Assembly: GCA_964016885.1 (NCBI GenBank)
Contig: OZ024747.1
Location: 71,238,001 to 71,302,000 of the forward strand
Source of the DNA: Eledone cirrhosa
Lineage: Eukaryota
Length of the DNA stretch: 64,000 nt
Direction of reading: 5' to 3'
The position numbers and the translations under genes are program-made. The notes below the pieces were generated by a model. It worked only from the letters and a program-made list of their open reading frames with translations. It was not told the origin of the DNA and made no database searches. Below, piece by piece: positions 49,897 to 59,578 of this stretch. Position 1 is the stretch's first letter; every line of letters begins with the position of its first letter.

Positions 49897-52800
49897 TTAC
49901 AGATATATACTCAGAGTCGGCCCATTCACTCGGGCCATTCTTGCTTCTCTCACCCATCTTTCAACAAAATGCTGGGAAGAGAGCACTTCCTTCTCTACTC
50001 TGATTTTCCTTTTCAAATGAAATTTGAAAAAGTCAATCAGAGCATCACCGAAGAGGTAAGTGCTCGTCTTCAGCCCTTTCAAACGTGTCCACCATACTAT
50101 CTCTTTCGCCATGGCCACCAGACAGATAAAAACTGCCTGCCCTTCCCGGCTAAAGGAGGAGGGCGGGGCAATCCTCACGATAGACTCAGATGATAGCTGG
50201 ATCCGTCCTAAACGCGACAGCAGGTGTTCGACATAAACCCACAAGTCAGCAATTTTCGGACACTGGACGAGTGCGTGCAGGACGGTTTCGTCGCCCTGCG
50301 CGCATCTCGGACATGCCCGGCTGACGGCACCTCCATGCCTGTAGAGTTTATCCCGAACTGGCAAGGCTCCTCGGTAGCACTGCCAGGCCAGAGATTTCTG
50401 GAAGTTGTCCATAGGCCCTGGCCCGAAGGTTCTTCCGAAGAGATTGGCTAGTTGATTTTCGTCGACGCCTAGAGTTTCCCCAAGTACGTCGTCGCTCTTC
50501 CCCTCCACTAATCCTCTATAGAACGCCGAGGTGGAGTTTCCACCGATCACATTGCCCGATTGGTCGAGGGCTGTGAGCGCCTGAAGACATTCCAGTCTCC
50601 AGGCGCTCCCTCTCGGTCTTCGCTTGACCCAGGACTGCAGCTCCGTCAAGGAAACGAGCTGGGGAAAAACGCGTCTAGCAAACGGCGACCACACCTGATC
50701 ACCGTCGAGGAAGAGGTGGAGATGTCGTAGCCTGAGCGCGTGCCTGCGCATCATCAGCCACGGCATGCCCAGCCCTCCACGTAGCGGGTGTTGACAACAG
50801 ATGGACCGCCTGACCATCGGAGCACGTCCCTTCCACAAAAAGCGAAAGAGCAAACGCTCCAGCGCAGTCAGGCGAGGCTTAGGACAAGGTACGACGGTTA
50901 GGCGGTAGCAGATGACAGACGCGATGTACGCGTTAGCCACCTCCGCTCGACCTTTCAGGGATAGCTTCCTCTCCGCCCATTTCTGGGTGAGAGAAGCCAC
51001 CCTGCTCGTCACCTCGTCCCAGTTTTTGTCCGTCTGGAGGTCCGGACCGAACCAGACCCCTAGCAATTTAACCGGTCCGTCCGTCCAGCGCCCGACGACG
51101 CTGTTGGACGGCATGGACCTGCCTCTCCAGGTGCCGAGCTGCAGGCCCACTGACTTTTCCTGGTTGATCATTGCTCCTGTCACCGCTTCGTATTCTCTTA
51201 GTGTAGTGCCGATCGCCTCGATGTGTTTGGCGTTCGACACCACTACGGTGACATCGTCCGCATATGCTGACACGGATCTTCCGCATCCTAGTTCGCGCGG
51301 GACTCCCCTCAACGTCTCCAGTTTGTGCAGTAATGGCTCGAGAGTCAATACGTACAAGAGGGACGAGAGGGGACATCCTTGGCGGACCGAGCGCATGATG
51401 TTGAACGGTTCCGACAGGTGACCGTTCACTCTCACCACAGAGCAGATGTCGCTGTGCATGGCAGCGATCCAGCCTCTGAAGACGGGCCCAAAGCCAGCCG
51501 CCCTCAGGACTGCCGCTAGGTAACGATGGTCGACCCTATCGAAAGCTTTCGACTGATCTAAATTGATCAAGGACCCACCCGTGCCAGGTTCCCTAGCTAC
51601 CCTCTCTACGATGTATCGCATGAGGTGGAGGTTGTCGTGGATGGATCTGTCGGGAATGGCGCATGTCTGCGCCTCTCCCACCAGACCACCAACGACAAGC
51701 GCCAACCTCTTTGCTAGCACCTTGGCCAAAATCTTAAACTCTGTGTTTAGCAGAGTTATGGGCCGGAAATTGTCTATGTTATCCCCCTTGTTCGGATCCT
51801 TTCTCAGCAGTGCCACCGCTCCTCGGCTCACAGAACTGGGAATTCTCCCGTTCTGTTGCCAGTTGCAGTAGACGTCCGCCAAGAGGCCTCCGAACAAGTC
51901 TGGCATCTGTACGTAAAGTTCATAGGGCAGACCATCCAAACCAGGCGATTTACCCCTTGTGCAGCCAGTCATTGCCTCCCTTACTTCAGCGGCTGTTATC
52001 GGCTTTTCGCAACACTTCGCCTCAGTGGCCGAGAGCCGCGGCAGTCCGTCGAGGTAGACACTAAAGTCCATCCCTCTACCCGGCCCCCCGCTGCCCCCGA
52101 ACAGCTGAGCGAAGTGTCGCTGAAAAGCTTCACACATTTGCCCGGGATCGAGTAGCATGCGCCCGTCGTGGTCCACCAAAGACCGGATCGTGGCTTTGTT
52201 GCCACGACGCGCCTCCGCCACTCGGGCCCATTGAACGGCTTTCGTCCCCTCGTGTCTGAGAGCACGCACCCTAGCTCTGACAACGCAGCCTTCGTGCTTT
52301 GCATTGAAGAATTGGTCAAGGGCCAATTTCGCCGCAAGCACGTCGGTCGCAATGCCTTTGCTAAGCGCCTCGTCTAATTTTCTAACTAGTTCTCCCTCTG
52401 CTCTATTTTTCTCTATTGCTAAAGCCTTACTAAACCTAATCGATTCTATTCTAATCGCTCTTTTCAGAGCAAACCACCACTTGTTGTTGACGATGGCCCC
52501 CGTCAACGCCCGCTTAACTAGTTCGCTAATCCGGTCTCTGTAGGCCTTGCGCGCTGGTAAGGACGCGTTTAGCTTCCAGTAGCCGGGTCCTCGTCTATGA
52601 AGCCTATCTAAGTCAAGCACACAGATCACGAATTTGTGGTCCGTGTAGCTGACTATCTTGAATTGTGGACAGCCTATGCTAGACCTATCTATTTCCCTAC
52701 AAAATACTCTATCTAGATATGATCTGGATGACCCTATGCGGTTTGTCCAAGTCCACATTGGCACATTCGGGAAATCCAATCGGTACCTGTCAGACAGTTC

Positions 52801-53316
52801 AAAACACCTGAGCAGGTTGGTGAGGCTCTTGCACCCTCCACCCCTATCCGCTAATCCCACACAGTCCCAGCGTGCATCTAAGATCCCGTTCCAGTCGCCC
52901 ACTAACACTAAAGAGCGGGACGTTCCAAGAAAGGTCTCCAGACGCCGGAAGAAATCAGGCCGCCCTGCTCCTGTCGGGGCATAGACGGCCACTAGCCTGA
53001 AAGCTTGCCCGTCTCCGCTGGTCACGTCCAGCACCACCAGCTTACCCTCTGGGTCCAGGAAGATAGCCCGTATGGCGAGATCCAAACCTCTCCGAAAAAG
53101 CACAGCAACTCCTCCACCGGATCCAGGACGGCTGGGAGATGCGTACACATCGAAGCCGCCGAAGATCGGTGCGAAGGCCCGTGCTTCGGAGATTCTGGTC
53201 TCGCTGATGGCCACTACATCTATGTTTAGTGACCTGAGGTCGTTGAGCAGGTGACCCTGCTTCCATGACGACCCCAAGCCACGCGCATTTATGCTGCCTA
53301 TTCTGAGTGAGGTCAT
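49897..53316 (-). CDS. LINE ORF2, 1139 aa
   Basis: Same motifs as copy 2. Confidence 0.96.
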   Translation of the reverse strand: MTSLRIGSINARGLGSSWKQGHLLNDLRSLNIDVVAISETRISEARAFAPIFGGFDVYASPSRPGSGGGVAVLFRRGLDLAIRAIFLDPEGKLVVLDVTSGDGQAFRLVAVYAPTGAGRPDFFRRLETFLGTSRSLVLVGDWNGILDARWDCVGLADRGGGCKSLTNLLRCFELSDRYRLDFPNVPMWTWTNRIGSSRSYLDRVFCREIDRSSIGCPQFKIVSYTDHKFVICVLDLDRLHRRGPGYWKLNASLPARKAYRDRISELVKRALTGAIVNNKWWFALKRAIRIESIRFSKALAIEKNRAEGELVRKLDEALSKGIATDVLAAKLALDQFFNAKHEGCVVRARVRALRHEGTKAVQWARVAEARRGNKATIRSLVDHDGRMLLDPGQMCEAFQRHFAQLFGGSGGPGRGMDFSVYLDGLPRLSATEAKCCEKPITAAEVREAMTGCTRGKSPGLDGLPYELYVQMPDLFGGLLADVYCNWQQNGRIPSSVSRGAVALLRKDPNKGDNIDNFRPITLLNTEFKILAKVLAKRLALVVGGLVGEAQTCAIPDRSIHDNLHLMRYIVERVAREPGTGGSLINLDQSKAFDRVDHRYLAAVLRAAGFGPVFRGWIAAMHSDICSVVRVNGHLSEPFNIMRSVRQGCPLSSLLYVLTLEPLLHKLETLRGVPRELGCGRSVSAYADDVTVVVSNAKHIEAIGTTLREYEAVTGAMINQEKSVGLQLGTWRGRSMPSNSVVGRWTDGPVKLLGVWFGPDLQTDKNWDEVTSRVASLTQKWAERKLSLKGRAEVANAYIASVICYRLTVVPCPKPRLTALERLLFRFLWKGRAPMVRRSICCQHPLRGGLGMPWLMMRRHALRLRHLHLFLDGDQVWSPFARRVFPQLVSLTELQSWVKRRPRGSAWRLECLQALTALDQSGNVIGGNSTSAFYRGLVEGKSDDVLGETLGVDENQLANLFGRTFGPGPMDNFQKSLAWQCYRGALPVRDKLYRHGGAVSRACPRCAQGDETVLHALVQCPKIADLWVYVEHLLSRLGRIQLSSESIVRIAPPSSFSREGQAVFICLVAMAKEIVWWTRLKGLKTSTYLFGDALIDFFKFHLKRKIRVEKEVLSSQHFVERWVREARMARVNGPTLSIYL

Positions 53317-53351
53317 GTTTAAAATAGAGTGGAAAAGATGGGAAAGACCAC

Positions 53352-55448
53352 TTACCGTACTTTTGGTAGAGGAGGGATGGTTTTTACATCCCTTTTCACT
53401 TGATCGTCTGGTGAAGGGACCGTTGAATCGTCCCTTCGGCTGGTCGTCGGCTCTTCTAAGAGAATGTCTGAGTATACTCTTCGATTGATGGTTCCTCCTA
53501 GGTCCCTGAAATCACCAACTGCGTTGGGGAATTTCGTTTTAATATTTGTGTATTGTTTCTGTGCTATTTTTAGCAGTCTTATGTTAGTTGGCGTTTTGAT
53601 TGGTGCTGGTATTATGTAGTCCTGTTGTGAAATGTCTGTGTGTTCAATTATGTAAGTCATTAGTTTCTTGTTGTGTGTATTTATTGCCGTGCATTTGTTT
53701 TTCTGGGGGTGGGGTGTGGTTCTGCTATTTTCTTGTCGTTGTTGCTGGGTGTGTGTGTTTTGTTGTTGTGTTTGCGATGTTGGTGCTTGTGGTGGTGGTG
53801 TTGAAGGTGTTGTTGGCGGTGGGGTTGTCGCCGGTGGTGATGGTGGCGCTAGTGTGGGTGGTGATGGTGTTGGTGTTGTTGCTGCTGTGGGTCTCTTTGC
53901 AGTAGACTTTACCCTTTTCTCATTTCTTTCCTCACTTTTCAAAGGCGACGATGCGCTGCTTCTGCGTTTGTGCCTTCTTACGACCTTTTGCCATCTCTCT
54001 CCCACCTCACACTCCATGTCTGATTCTGTGAGGTCGGGGAGGGGTACCAACTCCACTCTTTCACTTGTTGTTGTTGGTGATGTTTGCACTGGAGTCTCTG
54101 TTGCAGCTGCATTTGGTATTGCTGTTGTTGTTGTTAGTATTTCCACTGCTGCTGCTGTTTTTGATTTCCGTGGAGTGGGTATGGGTGCCACGGGCCTATC
54201 GTTCCTGGTTGCCGCTTGTCCTGTTGCTGGTAGCCGTGGAGCCGGATTCGGAAGGAGGGGGGTTTTCTCCTTTCTCAGGGTCTTCTCGTTGCAGAAGGCC
54301 CTGAGGTGAGTCTTCGATCCACAGCGAAAGCATTTCGGGCGTTTGCCCTCAACACTTATGGGCAGTTGAGTGCCGTTATCGAAGTCTATCACATCCGGGA
54401 TAGCTTCGATGCACTCCTGGTTGGTTTGGATTAGCATCTCAATGGAGGAGCCGACCCAATCTTCTCTTACTTTTTTCTGTACTTGCAGTACAGTTGTTTT
54501 GTCCTCGATTCCGACGAGGACAGACGCGGCCAGCCAAGAAGGGGTCATTCCGGGGGGGACGTGGGTCAGTTTGACCCTCACAATTTTTTGCCCGCAGTAG
54601 GAGGGCACCAACACCATTTCCTCGCTCCTTAGGGTCACTACTGATTGAGCCTTTGCCTCCTGGGGTGTGGCAAAAAGTACGTCTACGGTGGCGTATTTTT
54701 TGCCTCGGGTGATGTGCGTTTTCCTCTGCCACACAGACCCCAAGGCTTTTTGTATTTGGGCCTCTGTGGCTCTTTCCACCCTACGGGATTTTGTACTTAC
54801 TGTACGGTACGTGACCGTACAGTGCTCTTGGGTTTCGAAAAAATTTTTCGCTGCCTTGCAGATTGCTCGGTGTCCGTTCTTTGTCACCATCTTCTTCGCT
54901 TCCTCTAATTCCTCATTTGTTATGAGGATTGTTTCCAGGTTTTTCGCAATACCTGCAAATGAGATTGGTTTTTCTCTGCTGTTGTTGTTGTCGTCAGAGC
55001 TGCTGGTACTTTTGTTGTTGCTGCAGGTACTACGACTACTGCCTCCGCCGCTGTTGCTGTGGTTGTTGTTGGTGTTGCTGCTGCTAATGCTGTTGTTGTT
55101 TATGCTGCTGGTGATGCTGTTGCGGCTGCTACTGTTGTTTTCATTGTCACTGTTGCTGTTGTTATTACGGCTGCTACTGCTATTATTCCTGACGTCAGAC
55201 GAATGAACTGGGTTTTCGTATTTCCCGCACACCTGTTTCGTCGCTGTCGTCGTCGTCGTGGAGAAACCTTGCACGCTTTGCACGAGACTTTTCTTTTCTT
55301 TCGTCACTTGCGAAAGAGAAGGGAGGGAGAGAGACACATTTAAAGAAGGGAGGGAGAGAGACAATCTTCTCTCTGCTGTAGTGATGATTGAGGAAGAAGA
55401 AGACGGAATGAGTGGGAGTGACGTATGAAATTTCTTTTTCGTAGCCAT
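53352..55448 (-). CDS. LINE ORF1, 698 aa
   Basis: Same as copy 2. Confidence 0.92.
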   Translation of the reverse strand: MATKKKFHTSLPLIPSSSSSIITTAERRLSLSLPSLNVSLSLPSLSQVTKEKKSLVQSVQGFSTTTTTATKQVCGKYENPVHSSDVRNNSSSSRNNNSNSDNENNSSSRNSITSSINNNSISSSNTNNNHSNSGGGSSRSTCSNNKSTSSSDDNNNSREKPISFAGIAKNLETILITNEELEEAKKMVTKNGHRAICKAAKNFFETQEHCTVTYRTVSTKSRRVERATEAQIQKALGSVWQRKTHITRGKKYATVDVLFATPQEAKAQSVVTLRSEEMVLVPSYCGQKIVRVKLTHVPPGMTPSWLAASVLVGIEDKTTVLQVQKKVREDWVGSSIEMLIQTNQECIEAIPDVIDFDNGTQLPISVEGKRPKCFRCGSKTHLRAFCNEKTLRKEKTPLLPNPAPRLPATGQAATRNDRPVAPIPTPRKSKTAAAVEILTTTTAIPNAAATETPVQTSPTTTSERVELVPLPDLTESDMECEVGERWQKVVRRHKRRSSASSPLKSEERNEKRVKSTAKRPTAATTPTPSPPTLAPPSPPATTPPPTTPSTPPPQAPTSQTQQQNTHTQQQRQENSRTTPHPQKNKCTAINTHNKKLMTYIIEHTDISQQDYIIPAPIKTPTNIRLLKIAQKQYTNIKTKFPNAVGDFRDLGGTINRRVYSDILLEEPTTSRRDDSTVPSPDDQVKRDVKTIPPLPKVR

Positions 55449-55663
55449 GTTGTTTTTTGTTTAAAATGAAATTTTGGGTACAAAACCCCAATAACTGGTT
55501 ATTTAACCCCGAAGGGCCAAATAACGGACAGAAAGACCCCTCTCACGAGGAGGAGGGTGTCTTTATAAACAATTTGGTTCAAGTTTTAAACAATTTACAA
55601 TTGTTTTAACGGTTAAAAATTACTATACCTTACAGAGCCGAGCCTCCGTCAACCATGGCATTC

Positions 55664-55699
<36 letters not shown>

Positions 55700-55723
55700 A
55701 AAAATAAAAAAATTGAAAAAGAA

Positions 55724-55754
<31 letters not shown>

Positions 55755-56123
55755 CATACATATATACATACACACATACATACACATACACACACACATA
55801 TACACACACACATACATTAATAACGATACTAATAATAATAATAATAATAGCAATAATAATGATTTCTTTATTAACCACAAGGGTTTACATAAAGTAGACA
55901 TTAAGGACAGTGCAGGACAATGCAGGACGGTACAAATGGGCATTTCTGCGTGTAAAAAAAACAAAAATAGAGGATGTAACAAAAATAACAATGAAAATAA
56001 CAATGAAAAATTCCCCAATAGGGGGGAGACTTCGGAGGGACATTTGTGGAGAAAGCCCAGTAAAAAGCCACAATGACCCTGACCACCAAGGCAAGTGCCC
56101 TCTCCCAGTTTTCCACCTTTAGT

Positions 56124-59100
56124 TTACAGATATATACTCAGAGTCGGCCCATTCACTCGGGCCATTCTTGCTTCTCTCACCCATCTTTCAACAAAATGCT
56201 GGGAAGAGAGCACTTCCTTCTCTACTCTGATTTTCCTTTTCAAATGAAATTTGAAAAAGTCAATCAGAGCATCACCGAAGAGGTAAGTGCTCGTCTTCAG
56301 CCCTTTCAAACGTGTCCACCATACTATCTCTTTCGCCATGGCCACCAGGCAGATAAAAACTGCCTGCCCTTCCCGGCTAAAGGAGGAGGGCGGGGCAATC
56401 CTCACGATGGACTCAGATGATAGCCGGATCCGTCCTAAACGCGACAGCAGGTGTTCGACATAAACCCACAAGTCAGCAATTTTCGGACACTGGACGAGTG
56501 CGTGCAGGACGGTTTCGTCGCCCTGCGCGCATCTCGGACATGCCCGGCTGACGGCACCTCCATGCCTGTAGAGTTTATCCCGAACTGGCAAGGCTCCTCG
56601 GTAGCACTGCCAGGCCAGAGATTTCTGGAAGTTGTCCATAGGCCCTGGCCCGAAAGTTCTTCCGAAGAGATTGGCTAGTTGATTTTCGTCGACGCCTAGA
56701 GTTTCCCCAAGTACGTCGTCGCTCTTCCCCTCCACTAATCCTCTATAGAACGCCGAGGTGGAGTTTCCACCGATCACATTGCCCGATTGGTCGAGGGCTG
56801 TGAGCGCCTGAAGACATTCCAGTCTCCAGGCGCTCCCTCTCGGTCTTCGCTTGACCCAGGACTGCAGCTCCGTCAAGGAAACGAGCTGGGGAAAAACGCG
56901 TCTAGCAAACGGCGACCACACCTGATCACCGTCGAGGAAGAGGTGGAGATGTCGTAGCCTGAGCGCGTGCCTGCGCATCATCAGCCACGGCATGCCCAGC
57001 CCTCCACGTAGCGGGTGTTGACAACAGATGGACCGCCTGACCATCGGAGCACGTCCCTTCCACAAAAAGCGAAAGAGCAAACGCTCCAGCGCAGTCAGGC
57101 GAGGCTTAGGACAAGGTACGACGGTTAGGCGGTAGCAGATGACAGACGCGATGTACGCGTTAGCCACCTCCGCTCGACCTTTCAGGGATAGCTTCCTCTC
57201 CGCCCATTTCTGGGTGAGAGAAGCCACCCTGCTCGTCACCTCGTCCCAGTTTTTGTCCGTCTGGAGGTCCGGACCGAACCAGACCCCTAGCAATTTAACC
57301 GGTCCGTCCGTCCAGCGCCCGACGACGCTGTTGGACGGCATGGACCTGCCTCTCCAGGTGCCGAGCTGCAGGCCCACTGACTTTTCCTGGTTGATCATTG
57401 CTCCTGTCACCGCTTCGTATTCTCTTAGTGTAGTGCCGATCGCCTCGATGTGTTTGGCGTTCGACACCACTACGGTGACATCGTCCGCATATGCTGACAC
57501 GGATCTTCCGCATCCTAGTTCGCGCGGGACTCCCCTCAACGTCTCCAGTTTGTGCAGTAATGGCTCGAGAGTCAATACGTACAAGAGGGACGAGAGGGGA
57601 CATCCTTGGCGGACCGAGCGCATGATGTTGAACGGTTCCGACAGGTGACCGTTCACTCTCACCACAGAGCAGATGTCGCTGTGCATGGCAGCGATCCAGC
57701 CTCTGAAGACGGGCCCAAAGCCAGCCGCCCTCAGGACTGCCGCTAGGTAACGATGGTCGACCCTATCGAAAGCTTTCGACTGATCTAAATTGATCAAGGA
57801 CCCACCCGTGCCAGGTTCCCTAGCTACCCTCTCTACGATGTATCGCATGAGGTGGAGGTTGTCGTGGATGGATCTGTCGGGAATGGCGCATGTCTGCGCC
57901 TCTCCCACCAGACCACCAACGACAAGCGCCAACCTCTTTGCTAGCACCTTGGCCAAAATCTTAAACTCTGTGTTTAGCAGAGTTATGGGCCGGAAATTGT
58001 CTATGTTATCCCCCTTGTTCGGATCCTTTCTCAGCAGTGCCACCGCTCCTCGGCTCACAGAACTGGGAATTCTCCCGTTCTGTTGCCAGTTGCAGTAGAC
58101 GTCCGCCAAGAGGCCTCCGAACAAGTCTGGCATCTGTACGTAAAGTTCATAGGGCAGACCATCCAAACCAGGCGATTTACCCCTTGTGCAGCCAGTCATT
58201 GCCTCCCGTACTTCAGCGGCTGTTATCGGCTTTTCGCAACACTTCGCCTCAGTGGCCGAGAGCCGCGGCAGTCCGTCGAGGTAGACACTAAAGTCCATCC
58301 CTCTACCCGGCCCCCCGCTGCCCCCGAACAGCTGAGCGAAGTGTCGCTGAAAAGCTTCACACATTTGCCCGGGATCGAGTAGCATGCGCCCGTCGTGGTC
58401 CACCAAAGACCGGATCGTGGCTTTGTTGCCACGACGCGCCTCCGCCACTCGGGCCCATTGAACGGCTTTCGTCCCCTCGTGTCTGAGAGCACGCACCCTA
58501 GCTCTGACAACGCAGCCTTCGTGCTTTGCATTGAAGAATTGGTCAAGGGCCAATTTCGCCGCAAGCACGTCGGTCGCAATGCCTTTGCTAAGCGCCTCGT
58601 CTAATTTTCTAACTAGTTCTCCCTCTGCTCTATTTTTCTCTATTGCTAAAGCCTTACTAAACCTAATCGATTCTATTCTAATCGCTCTTTTCAGAGCAAA
58701 CCACCACTTGTTGTTGACGATGGCCCCCGTCAACGCCCGCTTAACTAGTTCGCTAATCCGGTCTCTGTAGGCCTTGCGCGCTGGTAAGGACGCGTTTAGC
58801 TTCCAGTAGCCGGGTCCTCGTCTATGAAGCCTATCTAAGTCAAGCACACAGATCACGAATTTGTGGTCCGTGTAGCTGACTATTTTGAATTGTGGACAGC
58901 CTATGCTAGACCTATCTATTTCCCTACAAAATACTCTATCTAGATATGATCTGGATGACCCTATGCGGTTTGTCCAAGTCCACATTGGCACATTCGGGAA
59001 ATCCAATCGGTACCTGTCAGACAGTTCAAAACACCTGAGCAGGTTGGTGAGGCTCTTGCACCCTCCACCCCTATCCGCTAATCCCACACAGTCCCAGCGT

Positions 59101-59543
59101 GCATCTAAGATCCCGTTCCAGTCGCCCACTAACACTAAAGAGCGGGACGTTCCAAGAAAGGTCTCCAGACGCCGGAAGAAATCAGGCCGCCCTGCTCCTG
59201 TCGGGGCATAGACGGCCACTAGCCTGAAAGCTTGCCCGTCTCCGCTGGTCACGTCCAGCACCACCAGCTTACCCTCTGGGTCCAGGAAGATAGCCCGTAT
59301 GGCGAGATCCAAACCTCTCCGAAAAAGCACAGCAACTCCTCCACCGGATCCAGGACGGCTGGGAGATGCGTACACATCGAAGCCGCCGAAGATCGGTGCG
59401 AAGGCCCGTGCTTCGGAGATTCTGGTCTCGCTGATGGCCACTACATCTATGTTTAGTGACCTGAGGTCGTTGAGCAGGTGACCCTGCTTCCATGACGACC
59501 CCAAGCCACGCGCATTTATGCTGCCTATTCTGAGTGAGGTCAT
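56124..59543 (-). CDS. LINE ORF2, 1139 aa
   Basis: Same motifs; carries the IRLSSE variant (IQLSSE in copies 2, 3 and 5). Confidence 0.96.
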   Translation of the reverse strand: MTSLRIGSINARGLGSSWKQGHLLNDLRSLNIDVVAISETRISEARAFAPIFGGFDVYASPSRPGSGGGVAVLFRRGLDLAIRAIFLDPEGKLVVLDVTSGDGQAFRLVAVYAPTGAGRPDFFRRLETFLGTSRSLVLVGDWNGILDARWDCVGLADRGGGCKSLTNLLRCFELSDRYRLDFPNVPMWTWTNRIGSSRSYLDRVFCREIDRSSIGCPQFKIVSYTDHKFVICVLDLDRLHRRGPGYWKLNASLPARKAYRDRISELVKRALTGAIVNNKWWFALKRAIRIESIRFSKALAIEKNRAEGELVRKLDEALSKGIATDVLAAKLALDQFFNAKHEGCVVRARVRALRHEGTKAVQWARVAEARRGNKATIRSLVDHDGRMLLDPGQMCEAFQRHFAQLFGGSGGPGRGMDFSVYLDGLPRLSATEAKCCEKPITAAEVREAMTGCTRGKSPGLDGLPYELYVQMPDLFGGLLADVYCNWQQNGRIPSSVSRGAVALLRKDPNKGDNIDNFRPITLLNTEFKILAKVLAKRLALVVGGLVGEAQTCAIPDRSIHDNLHLMRYIVERVAREPGTGGSLINLDQSKAFDRVDHRYLAAVLRAAGFGPVFRGWIAAMHSDICSVVRVNGHLSEPFNIMRSVRQGCPLSSLLYVLTLEPLLHKLETLRGVPRELGCGRSVSAYADDVTVVVSNAKHIEAIGTTLREYEAVTGAMINQEKSVGLQLGTWRGRSMPSNSVVGRWTDGPVKLLGVWFGPDLQTDKNWDEVTSRVASLTQKWAERKLSLKGRAEVANAYIASVICYRLTVVPCPKPRLTALERLLFRFLWKGRAPMVRRSICCQHPLRGGLGMPWLMMRRHALRLRHLHLFLDGDQVWSPFARRVFPQLVSLTELQSWVKRRPRGSAWRLECLQALTALDQSGNVIGGNSTSAFYRGLVEGKSDDVLGETLGVDENQLANLFGRTFGPGPMDNFQKSLAWQCYRGALPVRDKLYRHGGAVSRACPRCAQGDETVLHALVQCPKIADLWVYVEHLLSRLGRIRLSSESIVRIAPPSSFSREGQAVFICLVAMAKEIVWWTRLKGLKTSTYLFGDALIDFFKFHLKRKIRVEKEVLSSQHFVERWVREARMARVNGPTLSIYL

Positions 59544-59578
59544 GTTTAAAATAGAGTGGAAAAGATGGGAAAGACCAC

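Larger units (their letters stand above)
49634..55663 (-). mobile_element. Full-length Tx1/L1-clade LINE, array copy 3 (intact)
   Basis: ORFs offset 6227 bp from copy 2. Confidence 0.96.
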